DNA from: an uncultured Thermoleophilia bacterium | GTDB taxonomy: Bacteria > Actinomycetota > Thermoleophilia > UBA2241 | NCBI GenBank assembly: GCA_963832655.1 | Contig: CAWHUW010000006.1 | Coordinates: 124,403-188,402, forward strand | Direction: 5' to 3' | Length of the DNA: 64,000 nucleotides | In this document: in pieces, positions 10,391-21,689 of the stretch | Position numbering within the stretch: position 1 is the first letter of the stretch | Layout of the letters: each line of letters starts with the position of its first letter | Position numbers and translations under genes: made by a program | Notes under the pieces: model-generated | What the model was told of the DNA's origin: nothing | Databases searched by the model: none | The model's input: the letters and a program-made list of their open reading frames with translations, nothing else

Positions 10391-11110
10391 TCAGGCGTGC
10401 TCGGCGACGGCCGCCGCCTGGGCGGCCGCGATGGTGGCCGCCCCCGCGGCGGCCAGGCCGAGCATCTCGTCGAGCGTCGCGCGCGCGAACGGCTCGCCCT
10501 CGGCCGTCGCCTGCACCTCGACCAGCCGTCCGTCGCCGGTGACGACCACGTTCATGTCGACGTCGGCCGCGGCGTCCTCCTCGTAGTCGAGGTCGAGCAG
10601 CAGCCGGCCGTCGGCGAGTCCGACGGAGACGGCGGCGATCGAGTCGAAGAGCGGCAGCTGGGCCAGCCCGTGGAGCTGCTGCACGCCGCGCAGCGCCTGG
10701 TGCACGGCGACGTAGGCGCCGCTGACGCTCGCCGTACGGGTGCCGCCGTCCGCCTGCAGGACGTCGCAGTCGACGGCGACGGTGCGCTCGCCGAGCACGC
10801 CCATGTCGACCACCGAGCGCAGGCTGCGCCCGATGAGGCGCTGGATCTCCATGGTGCGGCCGCTCTGCCGTCCGCGGACGGCCTCGCGAGGGGTGCGGGT
10901 CGGCGTCGCTCCGGGCAGCATGCTGTACTCGGCGGTGAGCCAGCCGCGACCGGAGCCGCGCAGCCACGCCGGCACGCCTTCGCTCACCGACGCGGTGCAG
11001 AGCACGTGCGTGTCGCCGAGCTCGATGCGCGCCGAGCCGGCGGCGAACTTGGCCACCCCGGGGGTGATGCGCAACGGCCTGAGCTCGTCGGCGCCGCGTC
11101 CCGTCCTCAC
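10391..11110 (-). CDS. rph: ribonuclease PH
   Basis: [14 protein letters not shown]...[14 protein letters not shown]...[14 protein letters not shown]...[22 protein letters not shown] start at 11110 with SD GAGGAGG. Confidence 0.9.
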   Translation of the reverse strand: MRTGRGADELRPLRITPGVAKFAAGSARIELGDTHVLCTASVSEGVPAWLRGSGRGWLTAEYSMLPGATPTRTPREAVRGRQSGRTMEIQRLIGRSLRSVVDMGVLGERTVAVDCDVLQADGGTRTASVSGAYVAVHQALRGVQQLHGLAQLPLFDSIAAVSVGLADGRLLLDLDYEEDAAADVDMNVVVTGDGRLVEVQATAEGEPFARATLDEMLGLAAAGAATIAAAQAAAVAEHA

Positions 11111-11631
11111 ATGGTCCTCCTCGCCTCGTCGCCGCCGCGCAGCGCGGCCGGCGGGGTGCGTCCCGGCAAGCCGAGACGCTCGCCGTGGCGGCGCAACGCC
11201 GCCATCAGCAGCGCGCCGCCGGTGAACAGTACCACGGCCTCGCCGAGGCTCACGAACGCGACCGCGTACCAGTACGGCACGTCGGTCAGCAGCGCGAGCT
11301 CGAGCGCGACGCCGAGCCCGTTCACCGCGACGGGCACGAGAAGCGCCGGCCAGCGCGGTCCCACGCGCCACATGACGAGCGTGGCGACGAGGGTCAGCGC
11401 GGCCCCGAACGGGACGTCGAGCACGGCGATCGGGCTGGCGACGTTGCCGATCGCCGTGCCCAGCGTGAGCCCGACGACCGCCGCAGGGTCGAAGCAGGCG
11501 AACACCGTGAGCACCTCGCTGACGCGGAACTGCACCGGGCCGTAGGCGACGGCGCTCAGCCCCGGGGCGAGGGTGAGGACCGCGTAGACGGCGGCGTAGA
11601 GGGCGGCGCGGGCGAGCAGCCGGGCGTTCAC
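11107..11631 (-). CDS. queT: QueT-family (queuosine precursor) transporter S-component
   Basis: About 174 aa and hydrophobic: [15 protein letters not shown]...[14 protein letters not shown]...[10 protein letters not shown]...[13 protein letters not shown]. The GTG start overlaps the murI stop and the stop overlaps the rph start. Confidence 0.7.
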   Translation of the reverse strand: MNARLLARAALYAAVYAVLTLAPGLSAVAYGPVQFRVSEVLTVFACFDPAAVVGLTLGTAIGNVASPIAVLDVPFGAALTLVATLVMWRVGPRWPALLVPVAVNGLGVALELALLTDVPYWYAVAFVSLGEAVVLFTGGALLMAALRRHGERLGLPGRTPPAALRGGDEARRTM

Positions 11632-12479
11632 GCCGAGGCGGCGGCCAGCTCGTCGAGGCTCACGTGGGAGACCTCGTCGAGCGGCATCTGCAGAAAGCGC
11701 GCGCCCACGGTGCGGAAGGACTCGACGTCGCCGGTGCACGAGAACCGGTAGACGCCCTCGCGATCCTCGGCGCGCGCGATGCCCTGGCGATCGAGGATCG
11801 CCTCGACCTCGCGCGCCACCTCGGCCGCCGGGTTCACGAGCGTGACGTCGCGGCCGAGCTGACGCTGCAGCAGCGGCGCGATGAGCGGGTAGTGCGTGCA
11901 CCCCATGATCACCACGTCGGGGCGCTTCTCCTTGAGCGGCGCGGTGTACTCGCGCACCGCGTCGGCGACCTCGCGGCTCGCGACGTCGCCCGCCTGGATG
12001 AACTCGGCGAGGCCGGGGCAGGCCTGCTGGAGCACCTCCGCCCCGGCGTCGAGGCCGTGGATCGCGTGCACGTAGCTCTCGCTCGCCACCGTGGCCTCCG
12101 TGGCGAGCACGCCGATGCGGCGGTAGCGCGAGGTCTGCACGGCGGCGCGGGCCCCCGGCATGACGACGCCGACGATCGGCGTCGAGAAGCGCTCCTGCAG
12201 CCGGGGCAGCGCCGCCGCCGTGGCCGAGTAGCAGGCGATGACGATGAGCTTGACCCCGGCGCGGTCGAGAAAGCGGGCGATCTGGTCGCCGAAGAGCTCG
12301 AGCTCGGCGCGGCTCTTCGAGCCGTACGGGAAGCGCGCCGTGTCGCCGACGTAGACGAAGTCCTCCGCGGGCAGCGCGACGAGGCACTCGTGCAGCACGG
12401 TGAGGCCGCCGATGCCCGAGTCGAACATGCCGACGGGCAGGCGGGCGAGGTCGTGAGTGTCGGTACGGTCCTGAGACAT
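11628..12479 (-). CDS. murI: glutamate racemase
   Basis: [14 protein letters not shown]...[13 protein letters not shown]...[11 protein letters not shown]...[10 protein letters not shown], with both catalytic Cys contexts present. Confidence 0.92.
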   Translation of the reverse strand: MSQDRTDTHDLARLPVGMFDSGIGGLTVLHECLVALPAEDFVYVGDTARFPYGSKSRAELELFGDQIARFLDRAGVKLIVIACYSATAAALPRLQERFSTPIVGVVMPGARAAVQTSRYRRIGVLATEATVASESYVHAIHGLDAGAEVLQQACPGLAEFIQAGDVASREVADAVREYTAPLKEKRPDVVIMGCTHYPLIAPLLQRQLGRDVTLVNPAAEVAREVEAILDRQGIARAEDREGVYRFSCTGDVESFRTVGARFLQMPLDEVSHVSLDELAAASA

Positions 12480-12633
12480 GGTCGTCGGGCGCCTTCGGCG
12501 CCCCGGTAGTATACCGCCCGGCCCGGCCGAGGCCCGGCGCCCACGCCCGCGGCGCTCCCCTCCATCGGATGTCCTATGCCGACTCTCTCAAGCGCCCCCC
12601 GGCGAAGGCCGATACCGGGGGTGAGGGAGCTGG

Positions 12634-13170
12634 ATGGACGACAGGGACAGAGCGATGGACGACTTCAAGATCGAGCTCTTCATCTTCCCCGACGGGACCG
12701 CCGTCGAGATGATGGTGTTCGACCACCAAGGTCCCGGCTCCGGCCATCCAGCTCCCTCGGCCTCCGCCTCCGAGCGCGCCGCCCAGAGCGCCGGCGCGGC
12801 CCCGGAGGCGTCCGCGCCGGCCGCCCAGTCGCGCTGCGCCGTCGACCACGGCCCCGGCCTCTCCCCCGTGGCGAGCCCGGCCGAGGTGCACGTCTGCCCC
12901 GTGTGCGGCGGCGACCTCGTGCACCCCGTCGACTGGGAGCGCACCGGCGACACGGCCTGGCGGCTCCGCCTCCGCTGCCCCGAGTGCGAGACCGAGCGCA
13001 CCGTCGTGATGGGCCGCCCGGAGGTCGAGCAGCTCAACCGCGAGCTCTACCACGGCACCCAGGCGCTCGCCCGCGAGGCGCAGCGCGTGAGCCGGCAGAA
13101 CTTCGAGGACGAGGCGCGCCACTTCCTCGCCGCCCTGCACCGGGGCGACATCCAGCCGATCGACTTCTGA
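12634..13170 (+). CDS. hypothetical zinc-ribbon protein
   Basis: 178-aa ORF with SD GAGGGAG. It has a CPVCGG...CPEC four-Cys ribbon followed by a helical tail. Confidence 0.55.
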   Translation: MDDRDRAMDDFKIELFIFPDGTAVEMMVFDHQGPGSGHPAPSASASERAAQSAGAAPEASAPAAQSRCAVDHGPGLSPVASPAEVHVCPVCGGDLVHPVDWERTGDTAWRLRLRCPECETERTVVMGRPEVEQLNRELYHGTQALAREAQRVSRQNFEDEARHFLAALHRGDIQPIDF

Positions 13171-13231
13171 GCGGCCGGGCCGGCTGCGCCGCGCCGCCTC
13201 GCCTCGCACCGCTCACGCCCGCCCGCGCGCT

Positions 13232-14144
13232 TCACCCCGCCACCGCGGCCTCCTTCGCTCCCGACCCCGTGTTCGCCACCCACACGCCGGCCACGACGAC
13301 GACGGCCGCCACCGCCTGTCCGGCCGTGAACCGCTCGTCCAGCAGCACGTAGGCGGCCGCGACCCCCACCACGGGCGTCAGGTTCACGAACACGGCGACA
13401 CGGCTCGCCTCGAGAAAGCGGAACGCGTAGTTGAGCAGCAGGTAGGCGAGCACGGAGCTGAAGAGGCTGAGGTAGGCGATGCCGAGGGAGGCGCTGCTCG
13501 TCGGCGTGCGCACGCCGACGAGCAGCGCCTCGACCACGGCGAGCGGCAGCATGAAGAGCGCCCCGAACAGGTTCTGGAACGCGGTGACGTACAGCGCGGA
13601 CCGCGTGAGCAGCAGGCGGCGCGCCATGAGGTTGTAGACGGCGGCGGTCGCGGCGGCGCAGAGCACGAGCAGGTCGCCGCCGACGCTGCCGCCGCCGACT
13701 CCGCCGCCGCCGAGCGCCACCAGCGCCGCCACGCCGGCGAACGAGAGCATGATGCCGAGCCAGCGGCGCGACCCGGCGCGCTCGCCGAGCACCAGCGGCG
13801 CTGAGCAGCGTGACGAAGATCGGGATCGTGGCGATGATCAGCGATGCCTCGGAGGCGCTCGTCCGCGCGATGCCGTTCGTCTCGAAGGCGAAGTAGATCG
13901 TCAGCGAGACGAAGCCCAGCGCGGCGAGCCGCGACGAGCTCGTGCCGCGTGACCCGCTCGCGCTCCGCTCCGCAGCCGCCACAGCGACCCAGAGCAGGCA
14001 CCCGGCGATGGTGAAGCGCAGCAGGGCGACGAGCATCGGCTGGAAGCCGCGCAGGGCGTACTTGGTGGCGACGAACGAGAGCCCGAAGGCGACGGTCATG
14101 CCGAGCGCGGCGGCGTAGGCGGAGGAGGGCGGGCGCTGGTCCAC
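13232..14144 (-). pseudogene. EamA/DMT-family transporter, one frame change near 13795
   Basis: The N-terminal half (MTVAFGLSFVATKYALRGFQPMLVALLRF...IPIFVTLLSA) is in the frame of ORF 13047..14426. The C-terminal half (LGERAGSRRWLGIMLSFAGVAAL...) is ORF 13232..13792. Confidence 0.7.
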
Positions 14145-14298
14145 GGCGGGTAGTCTACCGTCCGCTCGCGTGGCGCCCGAGCTCCCGGCGCCGCGTGGAC
14201 CCGCGAGGGTGACGGGGTCCACTCGCGTGGCGCCCGAGCTCTCCCGCGCCGCCTGCAGGGACGGCGCGCCTGCACGGACCGGCGAGACTGTTGATGGG

Positions 14299-14375
14299 TG
14301 GTGCCCCCGGAAGGATTCGAACCTTCGACCTCGCGCTCCGGAGGCGCGCGCTCTAATCCCCTGAGCTACGAGGGC
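14299..14375 (-). tRNA. tRNA-Arg (anticodon CCG)
   Basis: Folded by hand into a 77-nt cloverleaf with acceptor GCCCUCG/CGGGGGC, anticodon loop CUCCGGA, T-loop UUCGAAU and an encoded CCA. Confidence 0.9.
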
Positions 14376-14450
14376 ACTGAGGGGCTGCGATTGTAGCACG
14401 GGCGGCCGGGGACCGCCCCTGGCCACGCCAGGGGCGAAGACCGGCCGCCG

Positions 14451-14729
14451 CTACGCCAGGCGGCTCAACGCGGCGGCGAGCTCGACGTCGCGCGCCGTGA
14501 CGCCACCGGCGCTGTGCGTCACGGCGCGCAGGGTCACCTTGTTGTAGCGGATGTCGATGTCCGGGTGATGCTCCATCGACTCGGCCACATCGGCGAGCTG
14601 CTCGACGAAGTCCACGGCGCGGGGGAAGTCGGCGAAGCGGAACGTCCTCGTCAGGGCGCCGTCGGCGTGGGCCCAGCCGTCGAGGTCGGCCAGGGCGGCG
14701 TCGATCTGCTGCTGCGTCAATGTGTCCAT
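14451..14729 (-). CDS. 4a-hydroxytetrahydrobiopterin dehydratase (PCD/DCoH)
   Basis: MDTLTQQQIDAALADLDGW...FVEQLADVAESMEHHPDIDIRYNKVTL is the PCD signature. Confidence 0.85.
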   Translation of the reverse strand: MDTLTQQQIDAALADLDGWAHADGALTRTFRFADFPRAVDFVEQLADVAESMEHHPDIDIRYNKVTLRAVTHSAGGVTARDVELAAALSRLA

Positions 14730-14764
14730 GGGCACCTCCGGTCGCGCGCGTGCAGTTCCGGCGT

Positions 14765-15235
14765 CTACTCTTCCCCGCGCCCGCGCAGCGCACGCTCGAC
14801 GTCGCGCTGCGCGTCCCGCTGCGCCATGTCGGCGCGCTTGTCGTAGAGCTTCTTGCCGCGGGCGAGGCCGATCTCGACCTTCGCCCGCCCGTCCTTGAAG
14901 TACAGCTTGGTCGGCACGATCGTGTAGCCGCGCTCGTTCACCTTGCCGGCGATGCGGTCGATCTCGCGCGCGTGCAGCAGGAGCTTGCGGGGACGCAGCG
15001 GCTCGTGGTTCCAGACGTTGCCCTGGGTGTAGGGGCTGATGTGGACACCGAGCAGGAAGAGCTCGCCGTTGCGGACCTCGGCGTAGCTGTCGCGCAGGTT
15101 CACGCGACCCTCGCGCAGCGACTTGACCTCGGTGCCGACCAGCACGATGCCGGCCTCGAAGGTCTCGTCGATGAAGTAGTCGTGGTACGCCTTGCGGTTG
15201 CCGGCGACCTGCTTGATGCCCGTCTCTCGCGCCAT
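14765..15235 (-). CDS. smpB: SsrA-binding protein SmpB (in the same open frame as rnr)
   Basis: [35 protein letters not shown]...LLLHAREI...[11 protein letters not shown]. There is no stop codon between it and rnr, and no SD before its ATG. Confidence 0.9.
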   Translation of the reverse strand: MARETGIKQVAGNRKAYHDYFIDETFEAGIVLVGTEVKSLREGRVNLRDSYAEVRNGELFLLGVHISPYTQGNVWNHEPLRPRKLLLHAREIDRIAGKVNERGYTIVPTKLYFKDGRAKVEIGLARGKKLYDKRADMAQRDAQRDVERALRGRGEE

Positions 15236-17263
15236 GGAGCTAGGGTACCGCTTCAGCGGCCGCGACGGCGGATCTGCTCGCGCCCCGGGCGCTCGGCGGC
15301 GCGGCGGGCGGCTGCCGGTCGTGCGCCGGTTCGGCATGCGGCCCGGCGCCGTGACGGGCCGCTCGGGCTCTTCGAGCGCCGGCACGAGGTCGACGCGCCC
15401 GCGGACGAAGTCGAGGCGCTCGACCTTGACCTCGACCTGGTCGCCGAGCCGGTAGCGGCGGCCGCTGGCGTCGCCGACGGCCGCCGTCTCGTGCTCGCTC
15501 AGCGAGAAGCGCTCGCCGCCGAGGGAGCGCATCGGCAGATAGCCCTCGTGGACGCCGCCGAAGCGCACGAAGATGCCGCCGGGGACCAGACCGGTGATCT
15601 CGCCGCTGAAGGCCGTCTCCCAGCCCATCTCGTGCAGGCGACGGTCGAGGAGGAAGGTGAGGGCGATGTCGTCGCCGTCGAGCTCCGTCTTGCCGAGGCT
15701 GCGCTCGGCCGTCGAGCACTCCTCCGCCAGGGTGACGAGCTCCTCGTCGGGCGGCGCGCCCGGACCGTCGCCGAGCTCCTTGAGCAGGGCGCGGTGGACG
15801 ACGAGGTCGGGGTAGCGGCGGATCGGCGAGGTGAAGTGCAGGTAGCCCGGGCTGGCGAGGCCGAAGTGGCCGCGGTTCTGGGGCGCGTAGACGGCCTGCT
15901 TGAGCGAGCGCAGCAGAAGGGTCGGCCACGAGAGGCGGCCGCGGCCCTCGCGCGCGCTGGTGGCGGCGATCGCCGCCGCGGCGCGCGCGTACGCCGCGCC
16001 CAGCTGGCCGCTCTGGAGCGCCCCCTCGGGCAGCGCCGCCACCGGAACGCCGAGCTCCTCGAGCTGGTCGAACAGCTCGATCGCGCTCTGCGCGTCCGGC
16101 GGCTCGTGGACGCGGAAGATCGCCCGCGCCTTGCGCTTGACGAGGAAGTCGGCGACCGCCTCGTTGGCGGCGAGCATGAACTCCTCGACGAGGGCGTGCG
16201 AGGCGGTCTCGGGGCGCGCCGCCGCGCCGACCAGCTTGCCGTCGTCGTCGAACTCGTACTCGGGCTCGAACGAGCCGATGCGCAGGGCGCCGCGGGCGAA
16301 GCGCTTGCGGCGCAGGATGCCGGCGAGCTCGGCGGCCAGGCAGAGCTGCGCGACCAGGCCGGCGTCGGCCTCGGTCGTCGCGTCGGGCACCGCCGCCGGG
16401 GCATGCGCCTGCCTCACGGCGGCCGCCGGCGCGGACTCGGCGTCGCCCGCAGGCTGGGCCCCGGCCGCGCCTTCGGCCGCCGGTCCGCTTTCCGCGGCGG
16501 CGACCTCGAGCCCCTCGGCCGCCCCGTGCGCGGCGAGGATCCCGTCGACGAACCCGTACGTGAGCCGGTGATCGCTGCTGATGAGCGAGCGGTAGAACTG
16601 CGTCGAGGTGCGCCGCCCCTCGGCGTCGAAGGCGCACTCCACGGTCAGGCACTTGCGCGGCACGCGCGGGCGCAGGCTGCAGAGGTCGGACGAGAGGGCC
16701 GCCGGCAGCATCGGCTCCGCCCACAGGGGCAGGTAGAGGCTCGACGTGCGGCGGCGCGCCTCGAGGTCGATCGCGCCGCCGACGTCGACGAAGTACGAGA
16801 CGTCGGCGATGTGCACGTGGGCGCGGTAGCCGTCGCCCTCGCGCGCGACCGAGATGGCGTCGTCGAAGTCGCGCGCCGTGTCGGGGTCGATGGTGAACGT
16901 CGGCAGGCCGGCGAGGTCGCGGCGAGCCTCGTCGGGGCGCGCGGCGCGCGCCCCGACCGCGCTCGCCTCGTCCAGCACCTCGTCGGCGAAGCCCTGGCGC
17001 ACGCCGGCGGCGTACATCAGAGCCTTGAGCGCCGCCTCCAGACTGTCCGACGACCCGAGCACCTCGGTCACCCGAAGCCGGTCGCCGGGGGCCGGCACGG
17101 CCAGCACGAGGTCGTCGAGCTCGAACGGCACGCTCCCCTTGGCCGTCAGGTAGGAGCGCTCGTCGCCGCGGATCGGCTCGAGCGACCAGAAGCGGCCCCA
17201 GCGGCCGACGCGGAAGGGTCGCGGCGCGGCTGGGGTCGGCGCCCTCTTCGGCGACCTCGTCAT
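15236..17263 (-). CDS. rnr: RNase II/R-family 3'-5' exoribonuclease (RNase R)
   Basis: RNB domain motifs ([31 protein letters not shown]...[23 protein letters not shown]), an S1 domain ([15 protein letters not shown]) and a basic tail. The ORF continues into smpB. Confidence 0.88.
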
Positions 17264-17267
17264 CGCG

Positions 17268-18458
17268 TCACACGGTCCGCCGCGTCACCGCGCGGCGATG
17301 AAGGCGAGCGCCCGGTCGAGCGTCTCGTCCTTCTTCGTCTTCGGGTCGTCCGGGCGCCTTGACGTCGGGGACGATGCCCTTCTTGTCGATGTTCGTCCCG
17401 TCCGGCGTGAAGTAGTTCGCGGTCGTGAGCTTGAGGCTGGCGCCGTTGCCCAGCGGCACGATGCTCTGCACGACGCCCTTGCCGAAGGTCTTCTCGCCGA
17501 TGACCGTCGCCCGGTCGCGGTCCTTGAGCGCCCCGGTCACGATCTCGGAGGCACTCGCCGTGTAGCCGTTGGTGAGCACCACGACGGGCAGGTCGGTGGC
17601 CGGCGTCTCGTCGACCTTGTAGACCTCGAGCGGCGAGTGCAGCCCCTTCGTCGACACGACCTCGCCGCGCAGGAAGTCCCCGCTCACGTCGACCGCCTCC
17701 GAGAGCAGGCCGCCGCCGTTGTAGCGCAGGTCGAGGATGATCCAGTCGGCGCCCTTCTCCTCGAGCTTGTCGATCTCGCGGCGCACGTCGTCGCCGGCCC
17801 CGCCGGCGAACTCGTAGAGCTGGACGTAGCCGACGTCCTGGTCACCCGCCTTCAGCATCCTGGAGCTGGTCTGCGGGATCGGGATGGTCTTGCGCGTCAG
17901 GGTGACGTCGGTCTCGTCCTCGGCGCCCTTCTCGCGCACCGTCAGGGTGACGTCGGTGCCGGGCTTGCCCTTGATGCGGGCGATGCTCGCCTCGAGCGCC
18001 TCACCCTGGGTCTTCTTGCCGTCGACGGCGACGACGAGGTCGCCGGGGCCGAGGCCTGCGGCCTTCGCCGGCGACCCGTCGAACACGCTCGTGATGAGCA
18101 GGCCGCCGTCCTTCTTCTGCAGGGAGGCGCCGATACCCGAGTACTCCCCCTTGGTCTGCTCGTCGAGCAGCTGCGCCTCCTGCGGCGAGAGGTACACGGT
18201 GTAGGGGTCGTCGAGCGACTTGAGCATGCCCTGCACGCCCTTCTGCGAGAGGGCGTCGGGGTCGACGTCCTTGTAGTAGCGACCCTGCAGCTCCTCGATG
18301 ATGCGCTGCTGCAGCTGGCCGGCGGTGGCGGCGGCGTCGAGCTCGTCGGGCGTGAGACGGACGACGTTGTCGCCGTTCACCTGCCAGCCGGCGAAGTAGC
18401 CGACGAGAAAGCCGAGCGAGATGAGGATGACGATGAGAGCTGTCTTGAGCGAGCGCAC
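17268..18458 (-). CDS. ctpA: S41-family C-terminal processing peptidase with PDZ domain
   Basis: N-terminal TM helix, PDZ ([20 protein letters not shown]), RYNGGGLL, and TASASEI...[12 protein letters not shown]. Confidence 0.88.
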   Translation of the reverse strand: MRSLKTALIVILISLGFLVGYFAGWQVNGDNVVRLTPDELDAAATAGQLQQRIIEELQGRYYKDVDPDALSQKGVQGMLKSLDDPYTVYLSPQEAQLLDEQTKGEYSGIGASLQKKDGGLLITSVFDGSPAKAAGLGPGDLVVAVDGKKTQGEALEASIARIKGKPGTDVTLTVREKGAEDETDVTLTRKTIPIPQTSSRMLKAGDQDVGYVQLYEFAGGAGDDVRREIDKLEEKGADWIILDLRYNGGGLLSEAVDVSGDFLRGEVVSTKGLHSPLEVYKVDETPATDLPVVVLTNGYTASASEIVTGALKDRDRATVIGEKTFGKGVVQSIVPLGNGASLKLTTANYFTPDGTNIDKKGIVPDVKAPGRPEDEEGRDARPGARLHRRAVTRRTV

Positions 18459-18525
18459 TACTCAGGGATGGTAGACCCCGCGGTGGGCGGCGGCAAACCC
18501 GACGGGGCCTGCTCGCCCCGCAGGC

Positions 18526-19744
18526 TCAGGGCAGGTAGCCCATCGGGTCGACGGGCGACCCGTTGACCCGGACCTCGAAGTGCAGGTGCGGGCCGGTCGA
18601 GAGCCCAGTCGACCCGACGTACCCGACGACCTGGCCCTTCTTCACCGTCTGACCGTAGCCGACGGCGAGGCTCGACTGGTGCGCGTACAGCGTCGAGATA
18701 CCGCCGCCGTGATCGATCGCCACGGTGTTGCCGTAGCCGTCGACCCACGTGGCGTACACGACCCTGCCGCCGTCGGCGGCCCAGATCGGCGCGCCGTTGC
18801 CGGCGGCGATGTCGATCCCGGTGTGCAGGATCCGCCGGCCGAGGATGGGGTGGATGCGGTAGCCGAAGCCCGACGTGACCGTCCCGCTGACGGGCCACAT
18901 CATGGCACCCGTGCCGTGCCCGCCGCCCGAATTCCCGTTGATGATCGTGGCGAGCGTCTGGCTCTGCTGAAGCAGCCGGTCCTCCTGCCGCTGCAGCTCG
19001 GCGAGGTCGGCATTGGCGGCGGAGAGCGTCGCCCCCTTCTCCTCCCGCGTCGCGTACACGGCGTCGCGCTGCTCCTGTTGCGTGGCGCGCAGGGCGGCGA
19101 GCTCGGCGCGCTGCTCCTCGAGGTCGCCCGCGACCTGCGCCGCCGCCTCCTGCTTGGCGACCAGGGCCTGGCGCTGGGCGGCGACCGCGGCCCGCGCCTC
19201 TTCGAGCTCGCCGATGAGCTCGCTCTCGCCGCTCACGACGTCGTTGACCACGCGCAGGCTGCGCACGAGCTCGTCGAAGCTCGACGACTGGAGGAGCACG
19301 TCAAGATAGGAGAGGTCGCTGGCCTTGTAGGCCATGACGACGCGCTGCTCGAAGGCGATCTCCTGCAGCTCGAGCTTGTCCTCGGCGACCTCGAGCGCGG
19401 CACGGTTCGCGCGCAGCTCGGCCCGCAGGCGGTCGAGCTTGGCGCGCGCCACGACGAGGCGGTGTTCGACCGTCGCGATCTGCCCGCTGGTCTCGGCGAG
19501 TTCCCCCTCGATCCGGCCCAGCCGCGCGTCGATGTCGCGGATCTGGGTGTCGAGACTCGAGGCGCGCTCGCGCGCGGCGGCGACGCGCTCCTGCATGAGG
19601 ACGAGCTGCTCGCGCGTGCGCGAGAGCTCGTCCTGAAGCCTGGCTGGCGGTCAGAGCGCCGGCGCTCGCCGGGACGAGCCCGGCGATGAGAGCCGCGAGG
19701 AGCGCTGCGAGGATGAGGGGGCGCGGCAGCTTCATGGCGGTCAC
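18526..19744 (-). pseudogene. EnvC-like coiled-coil M23 peptidase, one frame change just after the signal peptide (~19640)
   Basis: The signal peptide MKLPRPLILAALLAALIAGLVPASAGA lies in ORF 19301..19744. The coiled coil plus M23 domain (HTGIDIAAGNGAPIWAA...HLHFEVRVNG) lies in ORF 18526..19596. Confidence 0.75.
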
Positions 19745-19793
19745 TAACCTTCTTCGGCAGAGCGGCCGTTTCCTGTAGCCGGCCGCCGTGGGC

Positions 19794-20705
19794 TCAGGTG
19801 CGCAGATAGCGGCGCAGGGCGACCAGACTGCCGACGGCGCCCAGCGCGCCGCCGAGCAGCGCGAGGGTCGGCAGCAGACCGAGCGGCCACCCGGACCCCT
19901 CCCACCAGAGGGGGTACTTGTACAGGCTGAGGTAGTCGAGCGCCGAGCTCTCGAGCCAGTTCACCAGAGCCCAGTTCGCGGCGTAGACGGAGAGAGCGCC
20001 CATGATCGCGCCGATGAGGCCCGCGATGAAGCCCTCGAAGACGAACGGCCAGCGGATGAACCAGTTGGTGGCCCCCACGAGGCGCATGATCTCGACCTCG
20101 CGTCGGCGCGCGAAGATCGACAGGCGCACCGTGGTCGAGATGAGCAGGATCGCGGCCGCCGAGAAGAGCACCGTCGCCCCCCACATCCCCTTCTCGATGA
20201 GGTCGATGGTGCCCAGCATGCGGCGCACCGTCTGGGCGGCGTACTGGACGCCGTCCTTGGTGCCCGGCGTGTGCGAGACGATGGGTTCGTCGTAGAAGCG
20301 CGCGGCGACGATGTCGACCTGGTCGGCGTCCTTGACGTAGATCTCGTAGGACGCCGGCAGGGGGTTGATCGGCAGACTCGCGGTGATGCGCTCGCCGAAG
20401 CTCTCGCGGAAGCGGTCCAGCGCCTCCTCCTTGCTGACGAACGTGATCTGCTTGACCTCGGGCATGGCCGTGACCTTCTGCTCGAAGGCCTTCTGCTGCT
20501 CCGGCGTCGTCTCGTCCTTGATGAAGACCTCGATCATGACCCTGTTCTTGAGGCTGGTCGCACCCTGGTCGAGGTTCGAGTCGGTGACGAGCACGATGCC
20601 GAGGATCGCCGTCGAGATGAAGACGGTGATCACGGCCGCCATGGTCATGACCCAGTTGCGGCGCAGCGACCCGAGAGCCTCGGCGAGGAAGAAGCCCAGG
20701 CGCAT
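19794..20705 (-). CDS. ftsX: cell-division permease-like protein FtsX
   Basis: 303 aa with the FtsX topology of four TM helices and a large extracytoplasmic loop. It lies immediately downstream of ftsE. Confidence 0.88.
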   Translation of the reverse strand: MRLGFFLAEALGSLRRNWVMTMAAVITVFISTAILGIVLVTDSNLDQGATSLKNRVMIEVFIKDETTPEQQKAFEQKVTAMPEVKQITFVSKEEALDRFRESFGERITASLPINPLPASYEIYVKDADQVDIVAARFYDEPIVSHTPGTKDGVQYAAQTVRRMLGTIDLIEKGMWGATVLFSAAAILLISTTVRLSIFARRREVEIMRLVGATNWFIRWPFVFEGFIAGLIGAIMGALSVYAANWALVNWLESSALDYLSLYKYPLWWEGSGWPLGLLPTLALLGGALGAVGSLVALRRYLRT

Positions 20706-20706
20706 C

Positions 20707-21414
20707 TCAGATGCCTTCCTCGGGCTCGTCGGGGAACTGGTCGTACGAACCGCGACGCTCGTCGCGCACCAGCCGGCCGGCGTCGAGCTGCAGCACGCGC
20801 CGGCGCATGCGGTTGACCATCTCGCGGTCGTGCGTGGCGATCAGCACGGTCGTGCCCGTGCGGTTGATGCGGACCAGAAGCTGCATGATGCCGACCGCGG
20901 TCTCGGGGTCGATGTTGCCGGTCGGCTCGTCGGCGAGCAGCAGCGGCGGGTGATTGACGAAGGCGCGCGCGACCGAGACGCGCTGCTGCTCGCCGCCGGA
21001 GATCTCGTGAGGCTTGCTGTTGGTCTTGTCGCCCAGGCCCACGAGGTTGAGGATCTCGGGCACCTTGCGACGAATCGAGCGCCGCGGCTCGCCGACGACC
21101 TCGAGGGCGTAGGCGACGTTCTCGTAGACGGTCTTGTTGGGCAGGAGCTTGAAGTCCTGGAAGACGCAGCCGATGTTGCGCCGCAGGAGCGGCACCTTGC
21201 GGGGAGGCAGGGTGCCGAGGTTGCGCCCGGCGACGAGGATGCGACCCTCACCCGGCTCGAGCTCCCTGAGCACGAGCTTGATGAGGGTCGACTTGCCCGA
21301 ACCGGAGGCCCCCACCAGAAAGACGAACTCCCCCTTGCCGATGTGGCAGGTGAAGTCCTGAAGGCCGACCACGTCCGGGTCGTAGATCTTGGTGACGTTC
21401 TCGAAGACGATCAT
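20707..21414 (-). CDS. ftsE: cell-division ATP-binding protein FtsE
   Basis: MIVFENVTKIY...GASGSGKST...ISGGEQQRVSVARA...LLLADEPTGNID. Confidence 0.92.
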   Translation of the reverse strand: MIVFENVTKIYDPDVVGLQDFTCHIGKGEFVFLVGASGSGKSTLIKLVLRELEPGEGRILVAGRNLGTLPPRKVPLLRRNIGCVFQDFKLLPNKTVYENVAYALEVVGEPRRSIRRKVPEILNLVGLGDKTNSKPHEISGGEQQRVSVARAFVNHPPLLLADEPTGNIDPETAVGIMQLLVRINRTGTTVLIATHDREMVNRMRRRVLQLDAGRLVRDERRGSYDQFPDEPEEGI

Positions 21415-21689
21415 GTGTCTGGGCCGCTCCTCATTCCGCTCGCCGCAGACCAAGGGCCGATTATGGACGCCTGACGGGGCAAGTCAACCCGAGCGACTGG
21501 CCGGCCCATCGGCCTCGCGCGGCCTCCGTCGTCGCTCTCGCGCCGCTCCCGGCCGCGCCGCAGAAGGGCGAAGAAAAGGGGTTGCCGCACGCTGAGAAGG
21601 ACCAGTTTGAGCGAGCCAAAGGAGCACTGGTGGCCGGCAACCCCGCAGGACTGTTTCGGCGCCGCGGCGGGGGTTCCTCCCCGGCGCGT

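Noticed and set aside
14376-14764. Search for tmRNA (ssrA) downstream of smpB, as found in many Actinobacteria
   Set aside because: Only the PCD gene and tRNA-Arg lie there. There is no tRNA-Ala-like acceptor or T-arm with a tag reading frame, and not enough unassigned sequence (~75 nt).
14720-17362. 880-aa plus-strand ORF
   Set aside because: It is the antisense shadow of rnr-smpB. The sequence is Arg/Ala/Gly/Val-rich with no domain signatures.
21454-21689. Long 5' leader of ftsE with a ggttgccg...cggcaacc stem, considered as a riboswitch
   Set aside because: I could not match it to any riboswitch consensus I know. A single stem is not evidence.
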